64,000 bases of DNA from Octopus sinensis (Eukaryota): positions 48,856,001 through 48,920,000 of the forward strand of contig NC_043004.1 of NCBI RefSeq assembly GCF_006345805.1, written 5' to 3'. The translations under genes and the position numbers were made by a program. Positions 12,858 through 26,852 of the stretch are shown in pieces (position 1 is the first letter of the stretch; every line of letters starts with the position of its first letter). A model generated the notes under the pieces. That model searched no databases, was not told where the DNA came from, and saw nothing but the letters and a program-made list of their open reading frames with translations.

Positions 12858-13865
12858 TTAAAGCCCACAATACTATGTAGTATAGATTCCAGTACTATTA
12901 TGACTACATTACTACGTGCCATAGCCTCCAGTACTAAATATTATAGCCACCTATACTAAATATTAATGCTTTCGGACCTATTATTGCCTCCACTATCACA
13001 TCCTCAAATACTGACAGTTACATCTAATGCTAACTATTACATTCTCTAATACTAACCACATAGCTCCCCCAGTACTATTATAACCTTCACCACAAACAAT
13101 TGCATCCTCCACCACTAACTGTTATAATCAACACTACAAACTATTACACCCTCCAATACTAACTATTACAACATCCAATAGTAACTATTACAATCTTCAA
13201 TACTTTTGCATCCTCCAGTATTATCTATTATAACCTTCACTACTTAATATTATATCTTCCAATACTAACTATTACATCCTCCACAATAATTAGTCTCCAA
13301 TGGTATATAACATCCAGTTCTAACCATTATAATCTATACTAACTACTGTATAGTACTTGACCTTCTAAGAATAGCAATGTTCTACTGTTTCTTAGAAGAA
13401 GGGAAGGACACATTAGAGGATGTCGTCTGAGATATACTGTAGCAGTAAAGAAAGAATAATAATGTTTAGGACGCATTTCATCCACAGATTTATTAGTACT
13501 AAGCAGAGTTAAACTGAAATTTTAGAAGAAAAAAGAAAGAAAAAGCTAAAAGAAAAATCAATTAAAAGCAATTTGAGAAAGAGGATGCATAAGATTTCTG
13601 AAGGTATGAGATGTGATTGAAATTAACACCTGTGATAATCTTCAACTGATGACCTACCTGTCAAATAGTGGTGAAAAGTGAGCAGGAAAAAAATGGAAGA
13701 CAGATGGTTGCTTGTTTTGCATTTGTGTTTAGTATCCAGTGAACAAATTTGACATGAAGACGACAGGGAAGTTGTGTAGCAGTTGGAGAAGGATGTAGAA
13801 TGTGCTGAATATAATCTGTTGGATGATGGACAGCATTACATGTTCAGGTTGAGTGAAGTAGGCAT

Positions 13866-14237
13866 CTGTGATATTTATACGGTGGTATCCAACTGTGATA
13901 TTGCATACAGTGATATCCATCTGTGGGATTGTATATTGTAACATATGTGATATTGTTATACAGTGATATCTTTGATATTGTATGGAGTAACATATGTGTG
14001 ATATTCTATAGAGGAACATCTGTGTGATACTATATACAATGACATCTGTGATATTGTATACAGTGATATCTCTAATTCTGTAATACTGAATAAAGTGATC
14101 TATGTGATATCATATACAGACATACACCTCTGATGTTATATACAGAGACATACATCTGTAATATTGTATACAGTGATATCTGTGATATTGTATATAGTGA
14201 TATCTGTAATATTGTATACAGTGAAATCTGTGATATA
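13866..14237. repeat. ~24-bp minisatellite (atctgtgatattgtatacagtgat)
   Basis: Many degenerate units; the array resumes at 15538-15650 after the mariner insertion. Confidence 0.8.
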
Positions 14238-15537
14238 TTGAGTCATCCCATAAATAATGCAGTTTTTTCAATTGCATGAACTAAAAGTTGGAAGGGGATG
14301 GGATAAACTACCTGCATCAACTTGCTATAAAAGCAAGTAGTAATTTTACCATGTACTTATTCTTAGTGCAAGTTTTGAAGAGTGCAGTTTGATTTTAACA
14401 GTTATTTTTTCAAAGCTATAATGAAAGTGACAAAGGAACATATTTGGCATATTTTGCTTTATGAGTTCAATAAAGGCAACAACACAATGGAAAATAAGAA
14501 GAATATTAATGCTATTAATGCAGTATATGGGGATTGGACAATAAGTGTAAGCTAGTGTCAATGGTGGTTCCAGAAATTCCAAACCAAAAGCTACAGCCTA
14601 GAAGTTCAGCCTCATCCTGGAAAATCTGTAGAGCTCGACAAGGACATTCTGCAAACCCTGGTGGAACAAAATTCCATTGAAACTGTTGGGGAACTAGCAG
14701 AGAAGCTTGGATTTGGTCATTCAACCATTCATCAACACCTGTGTGCCATCAGAAAAGTCAGCAAATTTGGTCAATGGGTTCCGCACAAACTTTCTGAGTC
14801 TAATTGTGCACAGAGAGTGAATGTGTGTTCTTTGCTTTCACATCTCACGAATGAACCTTTTTTGGACCGAATTGTGACTGATGATAAGAAATGGGTTCTC
14901 TATTAAAATGTCAAGTGCCAAAGGCAGTGGGTAGAGAAAGGAGAAACACTGGCACTCCAGGCTAAAGAAGGTCTTCACACATGTAAAGTGTTGTTATCTG
15001 TTTGGTGGGATATAAAAGGTTTAGTCCACTTTGAACTTTTAAACCTAAATCAAACAATAACAAAGGAAATCTACTGCATGCAGCTTGAGTGGCTTAAATC
15101 AGTGCAAGAAGAAAAAGGACCATCTTTGGTTTCAAGATGGAGGGTGTTCTTCCATCAGGATAATGCTTGGTCACATACAGCGAGGATGACATTCCAAAGG
15201 CTGGAGCAATTTGAATGGGAAACGATGCCCCACCCACCATATTCGCCAGACATTGCCCCACCTGATTATTATTTATTCTGCAGTCTTCAAAATCATTTGG
15301 ACAGAAAAATATGAATTCTGTAGATGAGGTCAGAATAGTGTGGGAGGAGTATTTTTCATCACAGACAATTTTGGAAGTGAATATTGGAAGAGGGGCCTTG
15401 CAAGTCTACCAGATAAGATGGAAAAGTATTGCAGAAAATGAAGGAGAGTATATTTTAGATTAAAAAAGAACTTTATCTTAATTTTGAAAAATAAAAGAAG
15501 TATAAAAAAAACCCACATTATTTATGGGATGACCCAA
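14238..15537 (+). mobile_element. Decayed mariner transposon
   Basis: TIRs ttgagtcatcccataaataatg / cattatttatgggatgacccaa, TA at both ends, 1.3 kb; fragments WVPHKL, IVTDDKKW, FHQDNA, HPPYSPDIAPPDY. Confidence 0.95.
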
Positions 15538-15933
15538 TACATACATCTCTGATGTTATATACAAAGACATACATCTGTGATATTGTATACAAGGATATCT
15601 GTGATACTGTATATAATAACATCTGTGATATTGTATACTGTAATAATATAGGGGCATATAATGTGAATGGATGATGCATACTGGGTGACAAAAGTGGATT
15701 GAGATGTTGATAGACAGTTACCTGCAGTGAAGTTCATTGTTTAGCTTCAGGTCAGCCTCGATTGAGAAGATAGAGCTATGAGAAAAAGCGTTCCAGCCAT
15801 GACCAACCAGTTTTTTTCTCAGGTAGTGTGCATCCAAGACCATGCTATCCAATGTGTCCTTCTCCCTTCAAGATGGAGAAGTTTGACATGTTGGGAAATT
15901 CAGTCGCTATCTTCGGCAGGTAAAGTGACCATA

Positions 15934-16107
15934 TAGGCGCAGGAGTGGCTGTGTGGTAAGTGGCTTGCTAACCAACCACATGGTTACAAGTTCAGTCCCA
16001 CTGCATGGCACCTTGGGCTAGTGTCTTCTACTATAGCCTCGGACCGACCAAAGCCTTGTGAATGGATTTGGTAGACAGAAACTGAAAAGAAGCCTACCAT
16101 ATATATG

Positions 16108-16138
<31 letters not shown>

Positions 16139-16350
16139 TTGTGTATCTGTGGCTGTCCCTACCCCCAACATCGCTTGACAACCGATGCTGGTGTGTTTAT
16201 GTCCTCGTAAATTAGCGGTTCAGCAAAAGAGACTGATAGAATAAGTACTGGGCTTACAAAGAATAAGTCCTGGGGTCGATATGCTCGACTAAAGGCGGTG
16301 CTCCAGCATGTCTGCAGTCAAATGACTGAAACAAGTAAGAGAGTAAAAGA
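15934..16350 (+). mobile_element. tRNA-derived SINE, family 1
   Basis: Head taggcgcaggagtggctgtgtggtaag, internal microsatellite, tail aagtaa(a)agagtaaaaga. Confidence 0.85.
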
Positions 16351-16666
16351 ATACTAAAATTCCATTGTTGTCTCATCGTATAGAGTTCTTAGAGGTTGAA
16401 CTAAAGGCTTGAAGGGTTTCATGAACAGAATAACGTGGTGATGAGGAGACTGGTATTGGTGATGAAGATGAAGATGGTGGTGTTAATGATGATGATGATG
16501 TCTTTGAAGTTTAAAATATTTGAGCGTTAAAGCTAATATAGAATAAGAGTTCTGAGGGAAAGTTCTGGTATCCTCTGCCTTTTATTTTTATCTTTTACTT
16601 GTTTCAATCATTGGACTGTGGCCATGTTGGGGCACTGTCTTGTAGGGTTTAGTTGAACAAATCATT

Positions 16667-16910
16667 ATCATCATCATCGTTTAACGTCCGCTTTCCATGC
16701 TAGCATGGGTTGGACGATTTGACTGAGGACTGGCGAACTAGATGGCTGCACCAGACTCCAATCTTGATCTGGCAGAGTTTCTATAGCTGGATGCCCTTCC
16801 TAACGCCAACCACTCTGAGAGTGTAGTGGGTGCTTTTACGTGCTACCAGCACGAGGGCCAGTCAGGCGGTACTGGCAACGGCCACGCTCAAATGGTGTTT
16901 TTTATGTGCC
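16667..16910 (-). mobile_element. RTE LINE 3' UTR fragment with (GAT)n tail
   Basis: Matches the end of the element at 54155-55200. Confidence 0.7.
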
Positions 16911-18785
16911 ACCTGGCAACGACCATATATATAAAGCATGACTTATTCACAACTGGAAGTGTTTGTAAACCAAGGTACTACTGTATCAATCCCAGTATTT
17001 TATTTTTAAACCTGGTACTTATTATATGGATGAGTTTTGCCAAATCACTAAGTTATGGGAACATAAAAAGACAACCCTGGTTGTCAAGTGGTGGTGGTGG
17101 GTCTATAGTAGAAGAGACTTGCCTAAAGTGCTGTATAATGGGACTAAACCCAAGCTCACATCATCATCTGGTGCAGCCATCTAGTCCACCAGTCCTCAGT
17201 CAAATCGTCCAACCCATGCTAGCATGGAAAGCGGACGTTAAACAATGATGATGATATGATGATGATGGGAACCAAGCTTGTTAATCACACAACCACGACT
17301 GCTTTAGCTTTTGATGAGTGTTAGGAAGGGCATCCAGCTATAAAAACTGTGCCAAAACAGACACAAGTCTGGTGCAGGCTCATGCCTAGCCAGCTCCTGT
17401 CAAACCATCCTATCTATGCCAGCATGGAAGGCAGACATTAAATGATGGATGAGGATATTGGTTTCAGATTTTTGGCTCAAGGCCAGCAATTTCTGGGCAG
17501 TGGGTAAATTGATTAAATTGACTCGAGTGCTCAACTGGTACATATTTTATCAACCCAGAAAGAATAAAAGGCAAAGTCGACCTTGTTGTAATTTGAACTC
17601 AGAACGTGAAGGCAGATGAAATGCTGCTGAGCATGTTTGCCTGGCATGCTAATGATTCCGCTAACTTGGCACCTTGAGTGATTAGATAATATTGGTAGTT
17701 TATTGTGTAGTGTATGTAATTGGAGACGGGTGCAGAATGAGAGAACCCTTTTGATTTGGGTATCAACAACATAAACATGAAGTGTCAATTCAAGCAGCAA
17801 GGGTGCTACATGTGACAGGCGAACCTTTAACTCTCCATTAGAGGTTCACTTCAGATTAGCCAATTACAATTGAAGCCATTTAATCAAGAAGGTTTTTCCA
17901 TCCTTTCACAAATAATGGCTGTGAAACCTTTAACTTCCAATTAGGATTTCAACACCTTATTGTCTGCCATCCATATCAGTGTGGTGCTACATTCATTATG
18001 TGACTGTAAGGGAACTTCAGCTGTTTGTTTAGGATAATTGATGCCTGTCTATAGAGGAATACATTGACTTAATGGTCCAATCAGTCTCAGATGTCCAGTC
18101 ATTAAGTGAGAGGCTAATTCAGTTAGAAATAATGTTATTAATGGTGGTTACGTACTCATTCATGATATTTGACATGAAAAAATTTTTTTTTTATTAAATG
18201 TTATCTAGGGAGCTGTAAAAGCAATGGTTTAAGGAAATCGTTTAAAAATTATAAGCAATCAACAAACAATGCGCACAAGTGTGGATGTGTGGTAACAAGT
18301 TTGCTTCCCAACTACATGGTCTCGGGTTCAGTCCCCGGTTTGGCACTTTGGAAAAGTGTTTTCTGCTATAGCCTCAGGCCAACTCAATCCTTGTGAGTGG
18401 ATTTGGTTAACAGAAACTGAAAGACTATCATATGTGTGTGTGTGTGTGTGTGTACCTCATCATCATCATCACCATCATCATTTAACATCCGTTTTTCCAT
18501 GCTGGCATGGGTTGGACGGTTTGACAAGAGCTGACTGGCTGAAGGGCTGTTCAGGCTCCATGTCTGTTTTGACAAGGTTTCTATGGCTGTATGCCCTTCC
18601 TAACACCATCCATTTTACAGAGCGTACTGGGTGCCTTTACACAGCACCATATATATTTCTATATATAGTAGTTAATAAATCATATGATATACACCAGGTA
18701 GTTTGCTGATAAAGCATGTTCAGTGTTCATTGGGTATGTAATTAATGAGAGAGATGGAAGATGAAATATATGAGAATCTTTATCG

Positions 18786-18891
18786 ATCACTACAATCGTT
18801 TTGACCAATCTAGCACTGATCCCTCATGGGTGGGATACTGCACAACTGGTTTAGGTGTAGTTCTCGGTGTAGATGTGTCTCCTCAGGGGAT
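18786..18891 (-). ncRNA. Decayed hammerhead motif, long stem II
   Basis: Minus: atccc CTGAGGA gacacatcta...tagattggtc AAAA cgattg TA gtgat; G12 is A, and stem III is one change from ACGATCGT. Confidence 0.5.
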
Positions 18892-19082
18892 TTCAAGAGG
18901 TATTGCATTAAAATAAATTCTGTTTCGCACAACTTATTACTACTGCAATGTTTACTTCATAGTCTTCGTAAATAGAAATGGCAAGTTGATGGATGCTGCT
19001 TCATTCTTATAGAAGATCAATGGCAAAGATCAGGTGCAAAAAGAAACAAATACATTATAAAGCAAAAAAATATACACATACA

Positions 19083-19119
<37 letters not shown>

Positions 19120-20176
19120 TGTGTATATGTATGTGTACATTTATGTTTGTGTCTGTCCCACCCACCACCTGAAAACCAGTGTTGCTTTGTTTACATCCTT
19201 GTAACTTAACAGTTCAGCGGAAGAGACCAATAGAATAAAGCAAAAAAATTTATTACATATAACTGTTAGTAGACATGGATATACAAACACCCACATATAC
19301 ACACACACATACATGTATGTGTGTGTGTGTGTGCATGTGTGTGTGATGTGTATATGTATGTGTATATTTATGTTTGTGTCTGTCCCACTCACCACCTGAA
19401 AACCAGTGTTGCTTTGTTTACATCCTTGTAACATAAACAGTTCAGCGAAAGAGACCAATAGAATAAGTGCTAGACTTTAAAACAAAGTACCAGGATTGAT
19501 TTGTTTGGATAAAACCTTTTCAGGCAATTCCCCACCATGGCCACTGTCCAGTGACTGGAACCTGTAAAAAAATAGAATCCTAGACCTCTATTATTTTATA
19601 CATTACTCAATGTTTCTTTGCTGCTCACCATGGGTTCATCTTTTGACGTGGCTTTGTTGCTTATATTTGGTCAACAGGCAGGAATCTCTTTTTTTTTTTA
19701 ATAAATACATGAAAAGTTCTTTGTTTCCGTTTCAATCTTTTTTCTTTACTTCAGAAATTTCACAATAACAAATCTGAAGCAACTTTTCATTTTTTAAAAA
19801 TTTGAAACTTGAACTTAAAAAGAAATCTTAATTACTTTTTGAAATAAGTAAACAGACTTCCTCAAGACCCCTGAGAGCAAAATGGTGAACAGAGTTTTCC
19901 ATTGTTAGATCTTCTTCAGCTTTTCCATAAAGCTGAATTAATTCAAAAGTTTTCAAATAAAAGAGTAACAGAGAAAATGTGAGAACTCTATGCACACTCC
20001 ACAACTGACAAACTAACGGAATAACTGAAAGAACAAACACTCAAAAACATGTTATTGAAGGGCTTTTTTGGGGGGGGGGGATAATCATCAATGTTTAGCA
20101 TTGCTTTTAGAGTAATCATTACAAATGTTTGGTATTTATTTTATGCAGTCAACTATTAGGATTTTGTTTTTTATAA

Positions 20177-20574
20177 TCTTTATATATAAAAGTAAGGTCG
20201 TGTTTCTGTCTCCTACGATTTAGATTCCTAACTACTCCCACATTTTGCGGTGCAGTTTAACCAAAACCGGGTATCTTATAGTCGTGATTCATATCGAGCC
20301 CTTATGGGTATTAGCGCGTGTCTACGATGAGTCTACGATTTTAAAAATAATTTACCCTCATTTTTTTTCCATTTTAATGCATTTTTTCGCTATTATATAA
20401 GGGAAGTAACTCTCTAAAAATGTTTACGATGTGTCAAAGATTTAAAAAAAAATTTACCATCATTTTTTTTTCCTTTTTTAATGCATTTTTTGCTATTTTT
20501 TGGCTATAACTCTCTAAAAATGCTTTATAGTTATTTCCCTTACAAACCCAAGCAACGCCAGGCAATACTGCTAG
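20177..20574 (+). mobile_element. Non-autonomous Helitron
   Basis: A|TCTTTATATATAAAAG 5' end; acccaagcaacgccaggcaatactgCTAG|T 3' end. Confidence 0.8.
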
Positions 20575-21469
20575 TTTTGTATAAAATATCATTAATGCTG
20601 GAGATAGTCAAGGAGGAAATTATTAAGTGATATATTGCTGTATTAGGGGTTGGGAATTCAAATCCTATTGCATCTCAGACTGAAGTCAAAATTAAGTAGC
20701 TGGGCCCTCCTTTGAATCACAGTGGCAACAGTTGGGATGTAGACATACTTTGGTTGCATAACAACTGACCCCAGATATTTTACAATCTTATTGTTTAACT
20801 TTTTATGTCAAGCTTTTGATCTCTTCAAGAAATGTTTCATATCAAGAGTTTTCCCATTGTACAAAATACTTGCAAAAGTCAACATATCATTGTTTGTTTT
20901 TATAGTAGGCATCCTCCTTTGGTCTTAAGAGACCATGGATCTGCACCCGGAGAAATTCTGTCATCTGCTGATGATGGTACAGCATCTGCTGTGTCTGTAA
21001 AGGCCCACATGGGAGTGGCAGTCACGCATATAGTGACGTATTTGAAGGCATATAGCTCAGTGGTTAGAGCAGTGGGCTCACAATTATGAGGTAATGAGTT
21101 TGATTTCTGAACCAGGCTGTGTGTTGTGTTCTTGAGCAAGACACTTTATTTCACTTTGCTTTAGCTCACTCATCTGTAGAAACCAGTTACAATGTCACTA
21201 GAACCAAGCTGTATCTGCCTTTGCCTTTCCCTTGGATAACATCGGTGGTGTGGAAAGGGGAGGCTGGTATGCATGGATGACTACTGGTCTTCCATAAACA
21301 ATCTTGCCAGACTTGTGCCTCAGAGGGTGGTAACTTTCTAGGTGCAATCCCATGGTCATTCATGACCAAAGGGAGTCTTTTTTTTTTGTTCATGTTTACA
21401 CCCAGTGCAATATATGCATGCATACTGTTGTTATTGTTGTTGATGACAAGGTATCTACTTTAATATTTT

Positions 21470-21664
21470 ACTATTTTACTTGTTTCTGTCATTTGACTGC
21501 GGCCATGCTGGAGCACCGCCTTTAGTCGAGCAAATCGACCCGGGACTTATTCTTTGTAAGCCCAGTACTCATCCTATCAGTCTCTGTTGCCGAACCGCTA
21601 AGTGACGGGGACGTAAACACACCAGCATCGGTGGTCAAGCAATACTAGGGGGAGAAACACAGAC

Positions 21665-21695
<31 letters not shown>

Positions 21696-21862
21696 TACGA
21701 CAGGCTTCTTTCAGTTTCCGTCTACCAAATCCACTCACAAGGCATTGGTCAGACCAGGGCTATAGCAGAAGACACTTGCCCAAGATGCCACGCAGTGGGA
21801 CTGAACCCGGAACCATGTGGTTGGTTAGCAAGCTACTTACCACACAGCCACTCCTGCGCCTA
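21470..21862 (-). mobile_element. tRNA-derived SINE, family 1
   Basis: Full-length reverse copy. Confidence 0.85.
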
Positions 21863-22310
21863 CTTTGTCGAGTAAAAATGACTATTTTCTTTTTTTGCTG
21901 TTATTAACATTTGACACTTCAATTAAAATTGGCTTTCTGTCTTCTGTTTGTTTTCTGTGTATGAAATATATTATTTTGTACGTTTGAAGCTTTCTTTTGG
22001 GAGTGTGGCATGAAATGTTGTTTGTCACTACCATTTTGTCTGTAAAGGTAGTATTCAAACTGTTTGAAGTTACCTGTATGTATGTATCTTTAAAACACTA
22101 TTTCATTGAAGATAGACATGTCTACTTCATCAGTAGTGGAGATGATGATGATGATTAACATCTAAGAGATTACAAGCAGATTGAGGATGGTACAAGATGA
22201 TATGATGTGGAGTTTACATGAAGGCATGTAAATGATAAAATAAAAATACAAAAAAAAACCAACAAAAAAACAGAAGCAAAAATCCAAACAAGAAAATTTT
22301 CCAAAAAAGG

Positions 22311-22885
22311 TTGGGGAGATTTTCAAGGGCTACTCATGGCATCACCACTAAACAACAAGTGCCCTTTTCTCATCCCCTACCTTCAATCTACAGGCTCATT
22401 CTTACAGCTGGGCCATACACATGGAGCAGTAAAGTTTGCAGATCAGACCATCCAAAGCAGATGATTTACCTCCTGTGTGGCCAACCACCACTTCGTGTAT
22501 TTCTACGGCTATTTTGGGCTTTTCATAACATGCTGATTTTCTTGACAAGAGGTGTGGCAGGCCATCAAGGTAGGCACTGAAATTTATTCTGTGATCTGGT
22601 TTTGCCACCTGTTTTGGACAGCTGAGTTAAGTGCTGCTGAAAAGCTGCAGACATCTTGGTTTCAAGTAACATGTGTCTATTATGGCCCGTCAAAAACTGA
22701 ATTGTGGTTTTGTTTCCACATTACACCTGTGCCACTTGGGCCCATCGAATGACTTTCATCCCTTTGTGTCTTTGAGCAGGTGCCTTAGCTTTAACAAGGC
22801 AGCCTTTGTGCTTTGCATTGAAGTGGTCAAGGGCTAATTTCATTGCTTGCATGTTAGTTGCTACACCTTTCTCGAGTGCCGCTTC
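22311..22885 (-). mobile_element. L1/Tx1-like LINE ORF2 fragment
   Basis: ALDHFNAKHKGCLVKAK...VIRWAQV and NFSAYLDGLPHL...GKSSALDGLICKLY resemble the linker and KSPG.DG motif upstream of the RT; stops and frameshifts present. Confidence 0.65.
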
Positions 22886-23429
22886 TAAGTTTCTAACTAG
22901 GTTTTCCGAACATGCTGGTGTGGATAATGATTTCTTCTATTTCCCACTGAGGCAATGAATGAGGGGGACAATAACAAAAACAAAAAAAGTGTGAGGACTT
23001 ACATTGAAAAATCAAATGAGAGACAGAGAAAAAGAAACCATGAACTACAAGTATACTTAGTTTACAAATAACCCTTTCTACTATTGGCACAAGGCCTGAA
23101 ACTTGTGGGGAGTGGGGGCTAGACGATTATGTTGACCACAATACTCAACTGGTACTTATCTAATCAATCCTGAAAGGATGAAAGGCAAAAACAACCTTGA
23201 TGGGATTTGAACTCAGAATGTAAAGATGGATGAAATACTGCTACGCATTTTGCCCGTCATACTAACGATTCTGCCAGTTCACTGAAAGAATTTGATATAG
23301 TCCTTCTGACACCAGAGAAACTTAATTTAGGACCAGTTGAGCAGCTCCACAGAGCCAAGATCACCCCAGACACCAAGAGTAAGTACTCTCTCCAGCTGTC
23401 GTTCTGCAACTTGTAACCTCTCAAGTGTA

Positions 23430-23752
23430 ACCTCTTGAAAGAGCTGTTCTTCACTCCTGCTCCAGAGCGTCGGCTGCGGGGTCATTCCGAAAAGCTCTAT
23501 CTGCGACGATTTCATCTCAATCGAAGGAGAGGGGCTTTCTCTGTCCGGGTTGCGGATCCGTGGAATAAGCTGCCAGACGAGATGGTGAAGATGCCGATGA
23601 CTGCTCAGTTCAAAGTCTCCCTTGACCACAAGTGGCCTGAACTCTTTACATGAACACCACCCTGTACATAACTCCATGTCCCCCTACATGGCCTTGCTTT
23701 TTGCTTTTTGAGCCAAGAAATTAACTAACTAACTAACTAACTTAACTACTTA
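23430..23752 (+). mobile_element. CR1-clade LINE 3' end
   Basis: RGHSEKLYLRRFHLNRRRGAFSVRVADPWNKLPDEMV is a typical CR1 ORF2 C-terminus; (TAAC)n tail. Confidence 0.85.
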
Positions 23753-24339
23753 CACGTAGTGTTCCCATCAACTCTTGCCAGTTTTATCACTGTCACCCCT
23801 TTCAATAAATTCGAGGGCAATGCTATCCTCTCTCCTTCCTTTGCAAGTGAAACTTGAAAGAGTTGTCATGATGATCTTACCAAGGAAGAAAGTCACAGTC
23901 CTCAGGCCTTATAGCCAAGAATTAATTGTTTCTGATTTAGATGCTAGGCCAGTGGTTTGAGGGAAGGATTTCAATCAATACCATCAACCTCACTACTAGA
24001 CTAGTTCTTAATTTTATCAACCCCAGAAGTAGGAACAATAGGTAAGGCAAAGATTTGAATTCAGTAATAATAATAATAATGATAACGGTTACAAATCTGG
24101 TGCAAGACCATCAATTTCGTGGGAGGACATAAGTTGATTACTTTGACTCCAGTGCGTAACTGGTACTTATTTTATTGACCCTGAAAGGATGAAAGGCAAA
24201 GTCAATCTCAGCAAAAATTTGAACTCAGAAGGACAGATGAAATGCTGCTAAACATTTAACCTGGTGTATGTATGGCTTCAAATTTTGGCACAAGGCCAGC
24301 AATCTTAGGGGAGGAGTAAAGTTGATTTCTTTTTTTTTT

Positions 24340-24740
24340 TTATTTGTTTCAGTCATTTGACTGCGGCCATGCTGGAGCACCACCTTTAGTTGAGCAAATT
24401 GACCCCGGGACTTATTCTTTGTAAGCCTAGTACTTATTCTATCAGTCTCACTTGCTGAACTGCTAAGTGACAGGGAGTAAACACACCAGCATCGGTTGTC
24501 AAGCAGTGTTGGGGGGGACAAACACAGACACACAAACATATGCATATACATATACGTGTATATATATATATATACGATGGGCTTCTTTCAGTTTCCGTCT
24601 ACCAAATCCACTCACTAGGCTTTGGTCGGCCCGAGGCTATAGTAGAGGACACTTGCTCAATGTGCCACACAGTGGGACTGAACCTGGAACCATGTGGTTG
24701 GTAAGCAAGCTACTTACCACACAGCCACTCCTGCACCTAT
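24340..24740 (-). mobile_element. tRNA-derived SINE, family 1
   Basis: Full-length reverse copy. Confidence 0.85.
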
Positions 24741-25892
24741 CACAAAACATTATCACAAAACTTAAAAAGACATGGAAACAGCCTCAACATGACTGCTCAA
24801 CCTGAAAGAAACAGCAGCAACATCTCCCTTAAATCACACCTTGCCCCTTTTAAATGTTAGTCCTACATATGTAACTCATAGCTAAATGCTTTTAACCCTA
24901 GGTTTACTTGATGAGGATTGACTTAGTGCTGAAGTATGTAACTTACTAGTGTTGTCTGTGTTTGATTTTTTTTTTTTACTCACAGTATGTAATCAGTAAT
25001 AAAAAGCATGTCACACACACATACGAGTACATATGAAAGTATGTTTCGTTCCTTGCCCAATGAAATATATCTTTTATCTTTTACTTGTTTCAGTCAATAG
25101 ACTGTGGCCATGCTGGGGCACCACCTTGAACGATTTTAGTTGAATGAATCAACCCCAGTACCTATTTCTTAAGCCTGGTATTTATTCTATCAGTCTCTTT
25201 TGCTGAACTACTAAGTTACAGGGATGTAAACACACCAACGCCAGTCGTCAAGTGGTGGCGGGAAACAAACACAGACACACACACATAGATCCTCATCATC
25301 ATCATTATCATCATTTAGCATCTGCTTTCCATGCTGGCATGGGTTGGACGGTTCGATTAAAAACTGGTAAGCCAAGGGGCTGCTCCAGATTCCGATCTGA
25401 TTTGGCAAGGTTCCTACAACTGGATGCCCTTCCCAACACCAACCACTCCGAGAGTGTGGTGGGTGTTTCTCATGTGCCACTGACCTGATGCTGACATCAG
25501 CCATGACTGCAGTCTGACTTGGCTTGACAATTCTACATTGCCAAAGGTCTTGGTCACCTGACACTGCCTCCATGGAGCCGAATGCTTGAATGGTGCTTTT
25601 TACGTGCCACTGGCATGGGTGCCTGTCAGACGGCCACTGGCAGTGGCCGCAACTTATATACGACAGGTTTCTTTCAGTTTCTTTCTGCCAAATCCACTCA
25701 CAAGGCTTTGGTCAGCCCAAGGCTATAGTAGAAGACACTTGCTCAAGGTGCCATGCAGTGGGACGGAACCCCGAACCATGTGGCTGGGGAACAAGCTTCT
25801 TACCACATATAACCTTTTACTTGTTTCAGTCATAAAACTGTGGCCATGCTGGGGTGCACACACTATAGTATACAAGCTTTATTTCCTACACT

Positions 25893-26118
25893 GGGGTAGG
25901 CAGAAGCGTTAGCACGCCGGGCGAAATGCTTTGCGGTATTTCGTCTGCCGTTACGTTGTGAGTTCAAATTCCGCCGAGGTCGACTTTGCCTTTCATCCTT
26001 TCGGGTCGATAAATTAAGTACCAGTTACGCACTGGGGTCGATGTAATCGTCTTAATACCTATGTCTGTCCTTGTTTGTCCCCTCTATGTTTAGCCCCTTG
26101 TGGGTAATAAAGAAATAG
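25893..26118 (+). mobile_element. tRNA-derived SINE, family 2
   Basis: Near-identical to 30033-30265; B-box gagttcaaattcc. Confidence 0.8.
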
Positions 26119-26488
26119 GTAATACACGCGCATACATGATATACATACATACAATACAGGAAGGAACCTTCACATGGTCGCTTGACCTCCGAGAAGTAGT
26201 TGTTAAAGCTCCCACAGGCCACACCCTTCCGCCTGAGGGAAGGATTCATTGAATTAAACGGTATCTGGCGCATTGTGTCCAGGAAAACTACAGGGTGGTC
26301 ACGACTGGAACGCGTTTGGTTTGCTCGATATAGACTGACTGGGGGTTTAAAAATATAAGTAACATCGTACACTACACCCATTTATGCTCACACAAACACA
26401 CATATACAGTACGTGATACACACACACACATGAAGCCATACGTACACTGTATACAAGCAACATTCATATATCTATCTATCTATCTATC

Positions 26489-26520
<32 letters not shown>

Positions 26521-26798
26521 GTACATCCTCCACCATCACTATCAACGACAATAGCACCTTCAGTGTGACACAGTTGTAAGATGTGACCTCTTTACTGCTG
26601 AGTGACAGGACAGCTTACTGTGTCTACTGACGTTCTACTACTACCGCTACTACTGCTGCATCTGCTGCTGCTGCTGCCGCCGCGGCGATAATGATGCTGA
26701 CGTATTTCTACTGCTACTGGTGTTACTGCTCCTACTACATACGCACAATATTGTAATACACCACACACACACACACGCAGATATATGTATACGTGTTA

Positions 26799-26852
<54 letters not shown>

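Noticed and set aside
19853-19931. Minus-strand exon LYGKAEEDLTMENSVHHFALRGLEE
   Set aside because: Acceptor plausible but donor weak, and no homology recognised
21046-21120. tRNA gene
   Set aside because: A-box-like start only; no closing acceptor stem; continues into SINE body sequence
22085-22140. Hammerhead on minus strand (cacta CTGATGA...GAAA tagtg)
   Set aside because: No stem III or NUH site between GAAA and stem I
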